64,000 nucleotides of DNA from Prorocentrum cordatum (Eukaryota), in assembly GCA_963575745.1 (NCBI GenBank), contig CAUYUJ010000170.1, positions 372,001 through 436,000 of the forward strand, given 5' to 3'. The notes below the pieces were generated by a model, which made no database searches, was not told the DNA's origin, and saw only the letters and a list, made by a program, of their open reading frames with translations. Position numbers and translations under genes: made by a program. Every line of letters begins with the position of its first letter. The first letter of the stretch is position 1. Shown here in pieces: positions 1 to 12,599 of this stretch.

Positions 1-775
1 GCCGCCATGCGGACCCTGCCACTGGGGCCTTCGGTGGAGCTCCCTATGGGGCCACGAACCGTGTGAGGGGTGCGCCAAAATGCGGGGCCGCCATGCGGAC
101 CCTGCCACTGGGGCCTTCGGTGGAGCTCCCTATGGGGCCACGAACCGTGTGAGGGGTGCGCCAAAATGCGGGGCCGCCATGCGGACCCTGCCACTGGGGC
201 CTTCGGTGGAGCTCCCTATGGGGCCACGAACCGTGTGAGGGGTGCGCCAAAATGCGGGGCCGCCATGCGGACCCTGCACTGGGGCCTTCGGTGGAGCTCC
301 CTATGGGGCCACGAACCGTGTGAGGGGTGCGCCCCAATGCGGGGCCGCCATGCGGACCCTGCCACTGGGGCCTTCGGTGGAGCTCCTTATGGGGCCACGA
401 ACCGTGTGAGGGGCGGGCCACAATGCGGGGCCGCCATGCGGACCCTGCCACTGGGGCCTTCGGTGGAGCTCCCTATGGGGCCACGAACCGTGTGAGGGGT
501 GCGCCCCAATGCGGTGCCGCCATGCGGACCCTGCTACTGGGACCGTCGGTGGAGCTCCCTATGGGGCCACGAACCGTGTGAGCGGTGCGCCAAAATGCGG
601 TGCCGCCATGCGGACCCTGCCACTGGGGCCTTCGGTGGAGCTCCTTATGGGCCACGAACCGTGTGAGGGATGCGCCAAAATGCGGGGCCGCCATGCGGAC
701 CCTGCCACTGGGGCCTTCGGTGGAGCTCCCTATGGGGCCACGGAACGCGTGAGGGATGTGCCGAAACAGAGACAT
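1..775 (+). repeat. Tandem satellite array, 86-bp unit (runs off the window start)
   Basis: Unit gccgccatgcggaccctgccactggggccttcggtggagctccctatggggccacgaaccgtgtgaggggtgcgccaaaatgcggg repeats at 1, 87, 173 and onward. Same family as 49595-51585 and 59757-61178. Confidence 0.95.
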
Positions 776-832
776 GCGGAGGGCAGAGGCAAGGGGGAGG
801 GAGGAGAGGGAAGGGGCAGCGGGAGGAAGGAA

Positions 833-892
833 GAGGAACGCGGGGCACCGTCTCTTCAAAACGAGGACCCAACACCACAGGATGGTTGGGAA
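833..892 (+). repeat. ~60-bp dispersed terminal motif with 3' stem-loop (copy 1)
   Basis: gaggaacgcggggcaccgtctcttcaaaacgaggacccaacaccacaggatggttgggaa. Near-identical copy at 54150-54209 and a reverse-complement copy at 57997-58056. CCCAAC/GTTGGG can pair. Confidence 0.9.
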
Positions 893-904
893 CAAATGTT
901 TTTC

Positions 905-1278
905 CTGGCCAGGCACAGCTATCACAGCATTTTTAATTCAAAATGTTAAGAAAATCATGACCAGGCACAGTTACCACCGCTTTTTGAATGATGTTCCAGC
1001 TATGGGAATGAATTTCAAGAAAAAAGCTGTAAAACACAGGGTTCACAAATATTTGTCATTCGATAATCAAAGAAAACCATGTGTTTTAACAGCGGATCAT
1101 TGAAATTAACTTCCATAATTGGAATACATATATATATATATATAAATTGTGATAGCTGTGCCTGGCCATGGTTTCCCAATATTTTTAATTAAAACTGCTG
1201 TGATAGCTGTGCCTGGCTATGGTTTTCTTAATGTTGTTTAATAAAAATGCTGTGATAGCTGTGCCTGACCATGGTTTT
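905..1278. repeat. AT-rich element with multiple inverted sub-repeats (foldback/MITE-like)
   Basis: ccaggcacagctatcacagc (two copies, ~909 and ~961) faces (gct)gtgatagctgtgcctg(g/a) (three copies, ~1148-1270). Confidence 0.7.
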
Positions 1279-1299
1279 CATTTACTATAATAATGTCAA

Positions 1300-1660
1300 T
1301 AGGATCCCCTTTGTGGTGGAATACAAAGGAATTCCTTTTGTAGTGGAATACAAAGGGATTCCTTACGCGGCGGAATGCAAAAGAATTCCTTTTTGCGGCG
1401 GAATACAAAAAGATTTTCATTGTGACGGAAAACAAAAGGATTTCCTTTGTGGCCGAATACAAAGGAATTTCTTTTGTAGCGGAATACAAAGGGATTCCTT
1501 GTGTGGCGGAATACAAAAGAATTCCTTATGGCGGAATACAAAAGGATTTCCGTTATGGCGGAATACAAAAGGATCCCCTGCGTGGCCGAATACAAAGGGA
1601 TTCCTTTTGTAGCGGAATGCAAAGAGGATTTCCTTTGTAGCGGAATATAAAAGAATTCCG
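1300..1660 (+). repeat. Tandem minisatellite, ~30-bp unit
   Basis: Repeated gcggaatacaaa(a/g)ggattcctttgt variants. Confidence 0.9.
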
Positions 1661-1699
1661 AATTACAAATAAATGCATAGGGAGGGTGCCAAAAAAAAC

Positions 1700-4600
1700 G
1701 CCAGGCTTATTTGGCACCCTCTATGGAATTGCACTTCTCTCAACGCTCCTGACTGTGCGACTGAGGCGAGCGCCGCCGCAAACATCACCCAGACTCGGGC
1801 CCTGGAAAACGCGAACAGAACACGCACGCGACGATGTTGGATTCGCCTCGCACAGAGATGAGGGACCAACCTTTAGACAATGGCATTTGGACACCAACCC
1901 CATCCAGACGCTTAGACGCATTCGCCCGGCAAACGAAAACCCGGCTGCAATGGGCGCGCGCTTGTAGGCGCGAACAATCGACATAGGTTTCGGCCCCCAT
2001 GAACTATTCGAAAATAGCGGTGCGCAAACTCGACATGGGTCTCGACCTAGGTTCCCGAACAGGCGGTTCACGGGACCTCGCCTGTTCAGAAAGAAAATAC
2101 GCGCCGCCCGATTCGGCGTCGCGAGCGTCGGAAAAGAACCAAAACGTCCACGGAAGGGTTGGCGCATCAGTCTCGATCTCGGCCATGCGCCGTTGTGGCG
2201 ACCCGGCCTGACCAGCTGCAGACCGCGGCGGGATCGCCGCGGCAAGGTGCCCTGATCTGCACACGGCAACACCGATGGCAGCGAAGAAACAAGGAGTTCG
2301 TCGCACTCTCGGGGGCGGCCAAGAGGGGGGCGCCCAAAGGGGGGGAGGGGGGCAAATCATGGTAAGCGGCGCGCGCGCGGCCCAAGGGGGGCCATGGACT
2401 ACTGAAATAAGAAGAGGCGCCATGACATCTGGGGAGGTGTCATGCCCCCCGCCATGACACCCCCCCCCCGGGCACCACCCCCCTCTGCCGCCCCCGAAAA
2501 CAGGGTCGCATTCAGCAGAGGCCGGAAGCCACGAACAAGATCGGCTAAGAAAAACCGGTCGATCTTCTCCAAGACCTCAAGAAGGTCGCCTCGCAGCTGA
2601 GGGGGCCAGGGACGCGCAGAGGGCGAAGGGAATCCTGTCGACGCGAGCGGACCCCCTGCCTCAAAAGATGACAGCCCGAGCAGCGAACACAACTTGCCCG
2701 CGGTGATTGGGTCGCGCGGCCAAGCTCAAAACTATTCAGAGTCGTCGGACACGGAGCCTTACTTCAGGGCTCGGGAGCTTCCGATGGTCCGAGGAAGGCC
2801 TTGCCCGACATCGCGTGCAAACGCGCCCCGTTCCAGCCCGCGGCCTCGCCAGCCATCGCAATTCCACAGAAACGCGCCAGGGTAGCTCCCAGACTGACGT
2901 ATTCTGCAGGCCCCAAGACAAACGCTTCCAGACCACTTGAGAGCGCACTGGCCAGGAACCCCCAGAGCAGGAGCCGCTTGAACTTCGAGGGGGCGCCCAA
3001 TCTCCAGACCGAGCCCGGGGGGCAGAGAAATGCCCGAGCAGCCGAGACCCCGCGCGCAACCTCGCGGCGGGCGCCGTCTCGCAGCGCAGGACGGGGCCCC
3101 AGGTAACGAACTTGATCCCGCATGTTGCACTCCAGTGATACCTCGCCCCTCTTCAAGACCTGCTTCGAGAAATTGCGAGAGCCGGCAAAAAACAAACATG
3201 AATTCCTGTTTCGCCATATTCTGCCCGATTTCCATGGGCGACAACTCGGCGTTCAACTGGTGGCCGCGCTATTTCAGTTTCTCTAAAAACTGCGGGGGCG
3301 TTGCGCGGTTATCTGCCCATGCGGTCGCGCGCGAATCATCAGCACACTCGTTGCGACTAATATCCGACGGCGGGCTCTCCGACTTGGCCGCGAGCTCTGC
3401 ACAGCACGCGCCGGCCCGGTCAACGCCCCGTCGCCAGTCCGCCACCGGCGCGGGGAAGGTGCCGCTGAAAACTTGCAAGATGAAAAGGCTCGCCCAGGAG
3501 CCCACGCTGGTGCGTTTCCACGACCACCTGGCCGCCCTCCCCAGCTGATTGAGCAACGGCCGCCTCTCGATAGCGGAGTCGACACAACGATTGGTTGTCC
3601 TCAGCCGCATACTGCTGCGCAGCCTGATCCATGCGCGGCCAGTTGCCGATCGCAAGCGCAGTGCTCATATCCCCGCAACTCAGCCCGTGGGTTCGACTTG
3701 ATTTTCGGAGCCGATGGGAAACAGTGTTCGGGGCCAGAATAGCTAGCCCCCCCCCGCACCATCACGAACCCACTGTCGGAATCCACTGGCGCATCATACA
3801 ACGGCTTCCTGGCGAACAAAAAACCTTGCGTGAACAGGACGGATGTGGACCGCGCGCTTGCCTCTGGGGACCAGCTCGTGGCCCTCGTGCAAGGGCGCCC
3901 TCAACTGCAATCCCCACACCCGTGGACGACGTCGTGAAGCCTCATGTCCACGAGGCCTATCTGGAGGGGAAACCAATCTTGTTTAGAGGACGGCCTTGGG
4001 GGGTCCCGCCACCACGGTTGCGCCTGCATCGCCAACTCGTGACCAGAACCCTTGCCAGAGCTCAAGCGGTGCGCAAAAAACAAAAGAGCACGGCGTTTGG
4101 GCGAATCTGTGATGCACCTCCTCATCTCACCGACGTCCTCCCTCACCTTTCCCTGAACGCCCTGGCCCTCACTGAAGTCGTAGTCCCCACCATGCTTTCC
4201 TCCAGGAGTCCCAGCCCAATGGTACTTCACACCTGCCCCCATCCTTAGTTGCAAAACGCCGTGTGTCGATCCACGCCATTGAAGACAGCATACGAGCGCA
4301 GGCGAGACGCCTGTCTCGCTTCTTGGGCCTGCAGCTGCAGGGCGCCGCCTTTCGGGAAGCCGCCATCGCCTTTGCGCCACGATTGCGATGCCAGTGGTCG
4401 GTCGCCTACTCAACTAGACGAGCGCGCCGGCGCCGAAAAACTTGGCGGCGCATCTTGCGTAGCCTGGCGGAAGCGTCGCGCAACTGCAATTCGAACTCCT
4501 CCGCCCTTGCCTGATTCACGACTAGCGTATGCGATCTGATTTGGACACGTTCGCGAAGTAGTCGTCGTCCCCATTCAGAATACAAGCTATACTCGGCATC

Positions 4601-5590
4601 CTTGGCTTGTTCTTTCGCGAAGATGTCCAGACCAGCGTTCCAGAGGACACTTCCCTGCATCTCGAACATCTCGTGGGGCGAAACGTGGTCGCAGAGCCAT
4701 ACGGGATTGGTTTGATTGAGGTTGGCCTCGAACTCAAGAAGTCTGTTCGACTCGAGACGGTAAGTGGCGCCAGCCGAGCCTTCGTAGCACACTGCATAAA
4801 TGGAAAAGATGTTGCATACCGACGGGGCATCCAATGACATCTATGCGGGAGCAACCCTGAGGGTTGCAGGAAGGTCGGCGTAGCGTATGTTTTCCCCGTT
4901 TGGGGCTTCCCACATATGATGTAACCCAAGCAACTCACGAAGAGACTGGCAGCCTCCGCGTTGTAGTCGTTTACGGTTGCAGACGCCAATCACCTCGCCC
5001 TCAATGCCACTCCCAATTTTGATCACGACTCAGTATTTCCATTCCATCATTCAAATCCGTGTAGAACAACGGGGTGCATCTTTCAGGGAGAACGTCAATG
5101 ATGTTTAATGCAGTGCATGACGACGGCCACCGTTCGAAAACAGGCTCCTCTCTGGACGCGCAGGACGGGTCTTGGTGGGCGATAGGCACAAATCACACAA
5201 AGATACATGACAACCTTCTTGATGCGTACCGCAACTCTTCGCCCACGGACAGCCTGGACTGCCCTGTACCCTTGAAAAATGTGTTCGACACGCCCTTCGG
5301 CAAAATTATTGCGCACCCGCGCGCCCCCTTGGAAATTGAAGCTCAATTGAGGCAGTGGGGGGCTTCGACCACGACTCGCCCAAGAACTCTCCTCTTGAGG
5401 ACCTCCGCGCCGTACAATTGGTTGCCGTTCTTCGTGTCCGCCAGGGAGGTGAAGTCGAAGTTCCCCGTCTCCATGACAATTTCTTCTAGCCTGGTGTGGC
5501 CAGCAGACATCGGGTTGCATCCAAGAAAAAACAGCATGGCCCGCGCGCTACCTCGCCGCTGGCGAAAACGCGGGGGGGTAGCACTCAACT
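1700..5590 (-). mobile_element. Heavily decayed non-LTR retrotransposon (LINE) ORF2 relic: APE endonuclease + reverse transcriptase
   Basis: Collinear minus-strand fragments across frames. APE-like: NPMSAGHTRLEEIV..FDFTSLADTK, GARGCAIIL, LPERCTPLFYTDLNDG. RT-like: DSGFV, ISRNECADD (YADD-like), IGQNMAKQE, VRYLGP. Post-RT: KRLLLWGFLASALSSGLE. Many stops and frameshifts. Confidence 0.75.
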
Positions 5591-6385
5591 GGCCTACACA
5601 TCTGATGCGTGTCTCGCCTGAAACTCCTTGCTTGGGCCACGGGGGCTGGATGGAAGAGGAGGAAGAACGGAGGAGGAGGAACGGAGGAGGAACGGAGGAG
5701 GGGTGGGGAAGAACGGAGGAGGAAGACGAAGGAGACTGCTAGTGGGCATTCTGACACGGACGCTCACATCCAGACACTCATTGACAGAGACCCAGAGCCC
5801 AGTTATTAGTGGCATGAAATGCACATGGGGATTCCGGCGTCGAGTGCTGCTGTACCCAGAGCCTCCTGGCAACCACCCCGCCGCCTTCCCTGATGGCCTA
5901 GTATATGTTTCGTTTTTAGTAGCCGGCCCACCCCCTATCTCACGATTTGTTCAGCCATCCATTATTTCCCATACCCCTTCGAAAGGGTTGCGCACTCCTG
6001 ACGTCCACCGGACTCTGCCGGCCTTCCGCCGCCCGCTTCCGCCAGCGGAACCACACTCGTCTTGCTCCCGCCGCCTTCCGCCGAGGAAAAGGTGTCAACC
6101 GTCTCGATGCCTCGAGGGCGCAGCCCTCTCTGGAGCACCCCGTCTGGCCTTCCAAAGACGTAGGAACAGAAATACCTTTGGCAGAGAAGCCGACTTCTGA
6201 TCGACAAGCTGTCCCGAGAAGTGCATGGCTCTGGAGGGCCATTTGGGACATCTCTGGTCTTGCAATGCTTGATCTGGGTTCACATCGAGTTGCAATGATC
6301 TGCGTCGATCTCCGCGAGTCGATCAGTGGATACCCCTCCTCGTTGCCTTTCTCCTGCTCCCCCTCCTCATCCAACTCCCTCTCCG

Positions 6386-6890
<505 letters not shown>

Positions 6891-9003
6891 TTTGCATAAT
6901 CAGCACCCCTTTTCCAGGTGGCCTGGGCATGGCTCTCAGCAGCGGGCCACCCATAGGGATAGCCACTCGCCGTGTCGCCTGTGATGAGCAGACTCCCTCC
7001 TCGAACGAGCCCGAATTTGGAGCCACCTGGCTCCCTCCTGATGTTGGCTGCCCACTTCCGACGCACACGCTTGCTGTGCCAAAATCGACCTCTCCAGGCT
7101 GGTTCTGGTCGAACGGACAGGCTATGGCGCCGGAGGCTTATTTAAGAGGCCCAGGGACACACAAAGATTACACACAAGTCCTAGGATTCCCCTATTTTCT
7201 CATATCTTCTGGATGTTCGTCTTCCCCTTCACTTCCAATATTTCCCACTATTTTCCTCGGGATCGACGGTTAAGTGTGTCTGTGTGTGTGTTTTTCGCTC
7301 CTGACCTATCACGCATCCAGGAGGTGCCCGGCGGGGGGGGCGAAAGCTGCTGCACGCCACAGATCTCGACCCCCCCTGGGGGCCTCAGTCCTGGCCGAGG
7401 GGTGCTTAGGCCTAGCGAAACCGACCTCCTCCAACGAGCCGCGCTGACAGCCTCCGACTCTTCCCCCGACGCCTCCTCCTCCTCCTCCTCCTCCTCCTCC
7501 TCCTCCTCCTCCTCCTCCTCCTCCTCCTCCTCCTCCTCCTCCTCCTCCTCCTCCTCCTCCCCCCCTGTCGTCCGCGCCGACCTTGGGCTGTCCGCCTCTG
7601 CTCCTGCTGGGCCACCGCCGGCCTCCGCCGAGGGCGGCACCTCAGCGCCTCGGCCCCCGCGGAGGCGAGGCCATCCCAGGGAGCAGCTCACACGTCTGGC
7701 GTCTCGAGGAAACCAAAAAGAAGGTACTCCAGATTTCGTAATAAAAGGGAGGGGGTCTGGACCCTCCAAGACAAGCCATTTCAGACCTCCCCCGTGGGAG
7801 AACCCTCCAAAACATCGTCCCCAGATCCCCCAGGCCCTCCAAGATAGCCTGGAAGAGACCCCCCCCGAAATGAGACCCCCCTCCCTTCATTACGAAATCT
7901 CGTACTCCATCGTGTTCGGCATCTTGGGGCCCTCACTGGGCCTCGGGGCCGTCAACAAACGACCGGGGATGAGAAAGCGGTTCTGGGAACGTGGTCGCCC
8001 GTGCATCGAACAAATCGAAACGCCGGGTGTCAGGGTTGGCCCCATCGAAGGCGACGCCCTTGCAGGGAGCGAGCCACACCACCATGCTGGCTGCCCGCCG
8101 ATGGCCTTGGGCGTGTGGGGCGCCCGAACGCCCACGCAGGCGCCGCGGGCGCCGCGGGCGCCGCGGGCGCGCTTGGGGAGACGTAAGATTCGGGTTCGGG
8201 GGACGCAAGCTCCCGCTGCAAACACCCCACGAAAACTGGACCGTCAAAACCCAGGACAGGCTTGCCCCCTCAGATCTGACGCTGCAAAAGCATGCAACAT
8301 CTCAAGAACCATCACTGGAGCCGGGGCTCCCCCTCCTACCCCTCCTCCTCCTCCTCCTCCTCCTCCTCCTCCTCCTCCTCCTCCTCCTCATGCCCCTTTC
8401 TGAATCACCTTTCCGAGCCGCATCGATCTGTGAGGGCCCCGTGGGGCCCGACACCGTGCGAGCACACCCGGTGTGAAAGCATTGCCACGCCATGGCCCCA
8501 GTTGCCCCATCCACGCCCCGCACGCGCAGGGCATGGGTGACGGGGAGGCGCCAGGGTGCGGCGCAGGGCGTCGCTACCCGCAAACGTAACCCCACAAATG
8601 ATATGAAGCGCTGCGCAGCGCCATGGTGATGCTAACGCTGATGCTGCTGCTGACGGTGGTAGTGATGGTGATGCTGGGGTCAACCAGCGTCGGCACACCC
8701 GAGTTCCGGCGAGCTCGAGCCTTGCGTTCGGTCGGGCATGCCTCCCTACGGGCGGATTCTGGAGGAGAGGAGAGAGAGAGAGAGAGAGAGAGTCAGAAAA
8801 GATATTCGGAAAAATAGCAGGAAGTCATACGAGGGACGTGCCCGACGTAAGCCTTGCGATCCCTCGACGTGTGTGCGCGCCGTGGGCGCGTTGCGGGCGC
8901 GGCGCCGCGCGCCGCGGCCGCCCGGCGCAGCGCGCCGCGCGCGCCGCGGCCGCAGCGGGCGCCTGGCCTCATGCCGCTGCAGCCTGGCCCAGCCCCTCTC
9001 AGC

Positions 9004-9200
9004 TAGGGGAGCAAAAATGGCATAAACAGAAACACTCGGAGGTCCGCGCGGATTTCTCGGATCCGCGCTGGGCCCCCCGGCGGCGCCTCCGGCGCCGCCC
9101 CTGGCGCGCTCCGCGCGCCAGGGAGGGGGGTCCAGCGCCGATCCGAGAAATCCGCGCGGACCTCCGGGTTTTTATGTTTATGCCACTTTGTGTTCCCCTA
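9004..9200. mobile_element. 197-bp MITE with ~70-bp terminal inverted repeats and 5-bp TSD (TCAGC)
   Basis: Left arm TAGGGGAGCAAAAATGGCATAAACAGAAACACTCGGAGGTCCGCGCGGATTTCTCGGATC versus right arm GATCCGAGAAATCCGCGCGGACCTCCGGGTTTTTATGTTTATGCCACTTTGTGTTCCCCTA. TCAGC at 8999-9003 and 9201-9205. Confidence 0.85.
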
Positions 9201-9594
9201 TCAGCGCGGCATGCCGGCATCGCCATCCCCAGTCCCGGCACCAGGCTCGGGCTCCTCGCACTGCTCAGGACGCAAGGGGACGTACAGTGAAGGCCCGACC
9301 ACAAGAAGCCTTACACAGGAAGCCCAAGCCTGAGACCCCAGGACGTCCATTGACTTTTGGTGTAGGAGCGTCACTCTGTCCATAGAAAAACATCGAAACC
9401 CAAGAAAGCCAGGGAACCCTGGAGGCAAGCAGGGTGTTTCTCGGCATGGGCTTCCACTGTATCCCACCAGCCCTGTGGGCTCGGGTGATCTAGCGATGTC
9501 TTTCTTCCCTCTTCCAAGACCCTCTTCCGTTCGGGGAGGGGTACCCTCCCCTTCCCCTCCCTGAGGTTTTTGGGGCGGGTCGCGAGATGTCAGG

Positions 9595-10125
9595 GCGCCC
9601 AAGACGGCCCAAAATGGCTCCAAGAGGGCCTCCGTGGCTGAAAGATGGCCTCCAAAGCGGCTCGAGATAGCTGGAAATGGTTCAAGATAGCTTCCGAAAT
9701 AGACCCAAGAAGCCCGACGAGGGCCACAAAACGGGTCCAAATGCTCTCGGAGCCCCCTCAGGACCCCCCAAGACGGCAAAATCCGCCGAAAACGGGAAGG
9801 GAATTCATGGTTCTTGCCTTCTCGCCTTTTCGCTTCCGATGCGCTTTCGCCAAGAGAGGCCCAAGAGGCCACCCAGAGGGCCCCAAGAGCGGGCCAATAG
9901 CGCCCGAGGAGTACCCCTAGGAGGCGACGTTGGTGGCCCCAGGGGGGGGCAAGGCAAATCGGGGACCTCCCCCTCTTTTTTACGATGGTCTCCAAGATGG
10001 CCCAAGACCTCCAAAGCTCCCAAGGGACCCCCAAGAGGGCTCCAAGAGGGCCCACAGATTTACAAAAAAAAACCCAAGAGGACCCCAAGATCCCACTAAA
10101 GAGTTCCAAGGTGGCTCCAAGAGGC
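9595..10125 (+). repeat. Degenerate short-period repeat (ccaagag/ccaagatgg-like)
   Basis: Recurrent ccaagagggc, ccaagatggc and ctccaag motifs. Confidence 0.7.
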
Positions 10126-12318
10126 GATTTGAGTGGATCAGCCCTCGTCCTCGTTGTCCTCGTCTTTGTCCTCATCGTGTTCCTCTTCCTTTTTCCGCCT
10201 CTTTGTCGTCGTTATCGTCGTTATCGTCGTCATCATGGTCGTCGTGGTCGTCGACGTGGTCGTCGTCGTCGTCGTCACCGTGGCTGCCCGCTTTGTTTTA
10301 CGACAGATGTCTATTCGCACCTTTCCCCATCAACTCTCATAGGCAGGGTTTTTGAATGGGCTGATGGGGATATTTTTTCGGTCGCGTCCGCAAGCGAAAG
10401 CGCAGGCGGACACAGAAGCTGTCCAGGGCACGGAAACAGACCTAATTAGCTACAGGGCGCGCAACGGGCCGGCCGGGCCAGCTCACAAGGCAGCTGCTGA
10501 GCTGCGGGGCGAGGGCGGACTGGCTGAGGGCACCCACGGAAGCTCAGGCATCGTGCAGCCCTGACCAAAATGCCAGGGAATTCGAAGTACGCCCTGTGGC
10601 GTGGACCACTCTGTGAGTGAGAACGCAAGCAAGCTGATGCCCACACCCCTCTCACGCCTGGTGGTTGCGAAGGCGAGGCTGATGTGGATACTTTTTTGGT
10701 CGACGGCTGCGCGACGACGGCCTGGCGGTAACAGGCAATGTCGGGGGCGGGCGGCACAAAGCTAATTGCACACAGAGCGTGCAGTTGCACATGCACTGAA
10801 CAAAATGCTCAGCATTCACCAGCAAACGCACCTGGGCGCCGCCAGTAAACCAAAGTGCACAAGCGGCCACGAGTGCGAGTGCAACAAAGTGAGTCGCCCT
10901 TGCGGCGCCAAGCTCCGAGCAGCCGACCCGGCAAGCAACGATGCACGAGCCCGGGTAACAGGCTGCTGGCGGTGGAAAACAAGGGGCCGAAGGCGCGGAA
11001 GGCTGAACCACTCAGCGCGCAGCCCTCGAACTCCACCGCAGAGTTGGGGGGGCCGGCGGCACCCTTCGCATTGAGTCCGGCGCCTGCGGGGAAGGCCCGG
11101 GGATGGTGCGACGATGCGTAAAACGCGGGCTGTACCAGGCAGCAACACTCAGCTGATGGGGATACTTTTTTTGATTCGCGGCCCGCAAGGAAAAGTCCAG
11201 AGGGCGGTGTGAACGAGGCTGGGGCACAGCGCACGGGAAAGCAGATAATGAACGCCGGACAAGTGCCGGCCGAAGAGGCAACCGCGAAGGCGCCAGCTGA
11301 AGCCCGGGCGCCACCACGCGACCACAAAAGCCGTTGAGCGCGTGCCAGCAGAAGGGGGTCAAAATTAATGCAGACAATTAGCGACGCTGGCACTGTGCCA
11401 GCAGAACAGGCAGCCGAGAAGGCACCAGCAGATAATTAACGACGCTGGACATGCGCCAGCAAAAGAGGCAACTGTGAAGAAACCAGCTGAAGCCCTGGCG
11501 CCACCACGCGGACCCCAAAAGCCGCTGGGCGCGTGCCAGCGAAAGTGGGGAGGGCGGAAAGGCCGGACACGCAGGTGGGGTCAGCCTGCCAGGCGGAACG
11601 TGCCAAAACCACTCACTTCCCACTTGGAACGTGGGCCAGTTGGCACGCCGCTGAGGGGGGTCGGGTCAATGCCTGAAGAAAGCCGACCACAGGAGAGCGC
11701 CCGCGATGGCCTCTGGCACCAAGGCGGCGCGCGGCCTGCGCACCCAGAAGGCCTACCTGTGGCAGTAGCCAACGTCTGGCACAAGCGTCAGAACGGTGCC
11801 TTGACCGACGTCCATGTCCGCCGATGCCGGCAAGCAGCCGACCGCACTGTCAACGCGCCCATGTGAAGGGGGTCAGAAGTCGCCGCCCCTACGGGCGACG
11901 AAGTGGAAGCCAGTGCACGTTGCCGACTCCAAAGGATGGGCACCCGGAATGTCTGAGGCCAGCGTCCGATGTGTCCGAGCCCGCATACGGCGCGGGCAAA
12001 ATGAATGAGCGTAGCAAGCCGAGAGCGGGCGAAGCGCCTTGAGCGAGCCCTCTCAGAGCACCACAGGCCGCCACTGCGGCCAAACCGACGACGGGATTAT
12101 TTCAGCCGGCCGAACGGGCTAAAGGCCCACGAGAACGCAGGGACTATCGCGGTGGTAGGGGGGCACCTCAACCCCAGGAGGTAACAACAGTCCGCCCCAG
12201 TGGCCCACTGCATCGGTGAAACATGTCCTGTCGCTGTCTGCCGACAGGCGTGGCCGCCTGGTGGGAACCCAGTGTCCTGGGGCCACCGCGCCTCATCCTC
12301 CATTGGAAATCGCTTCCC

Positions 12319-12470
12319 TGTGGCGACGAGAAAGGGGGGGGTGGCAGCCGATAGCCGCAGTCATGAGTGTAGAAGTAATGGCGACGAGAAAGGGGGTCAG
12401 CAGCCGATAGCCGCAGAATGACAGACAGCACGTGGCGACGAGGGAAGGGGAGCGCAGCCGAAAGCCGCGG
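12319..12470 (+). repeat. Three tandem ~55-60-bp repeats at the 3' end of the helicase-bearing relic
   Basis: tggcgacgag(a/g)...gcagccga(t/a)agccgc at ~12319, ~12379 and ~12432. Confidence 0.75.
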
Positions 12471-12599
12471 AACTGGAGAGCGTGGCGAAGGGTCGGGGCG
12501 AGCGGCCTGAGCCGCAGGACATCGTCTGGGGTGGGAACGCCCAAGAGGGAGCCCCACGGCACACGTGCGCGGCAAGTCTACCGCGAAGGGGGTCACGCG

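Noticed and set aside
9608..9626. Relict spliced leader (ccaaaatggctccaag)
   Set aside because: Only a partial match, lying inside a degenerate ccaag-type repeat. Likely chance.
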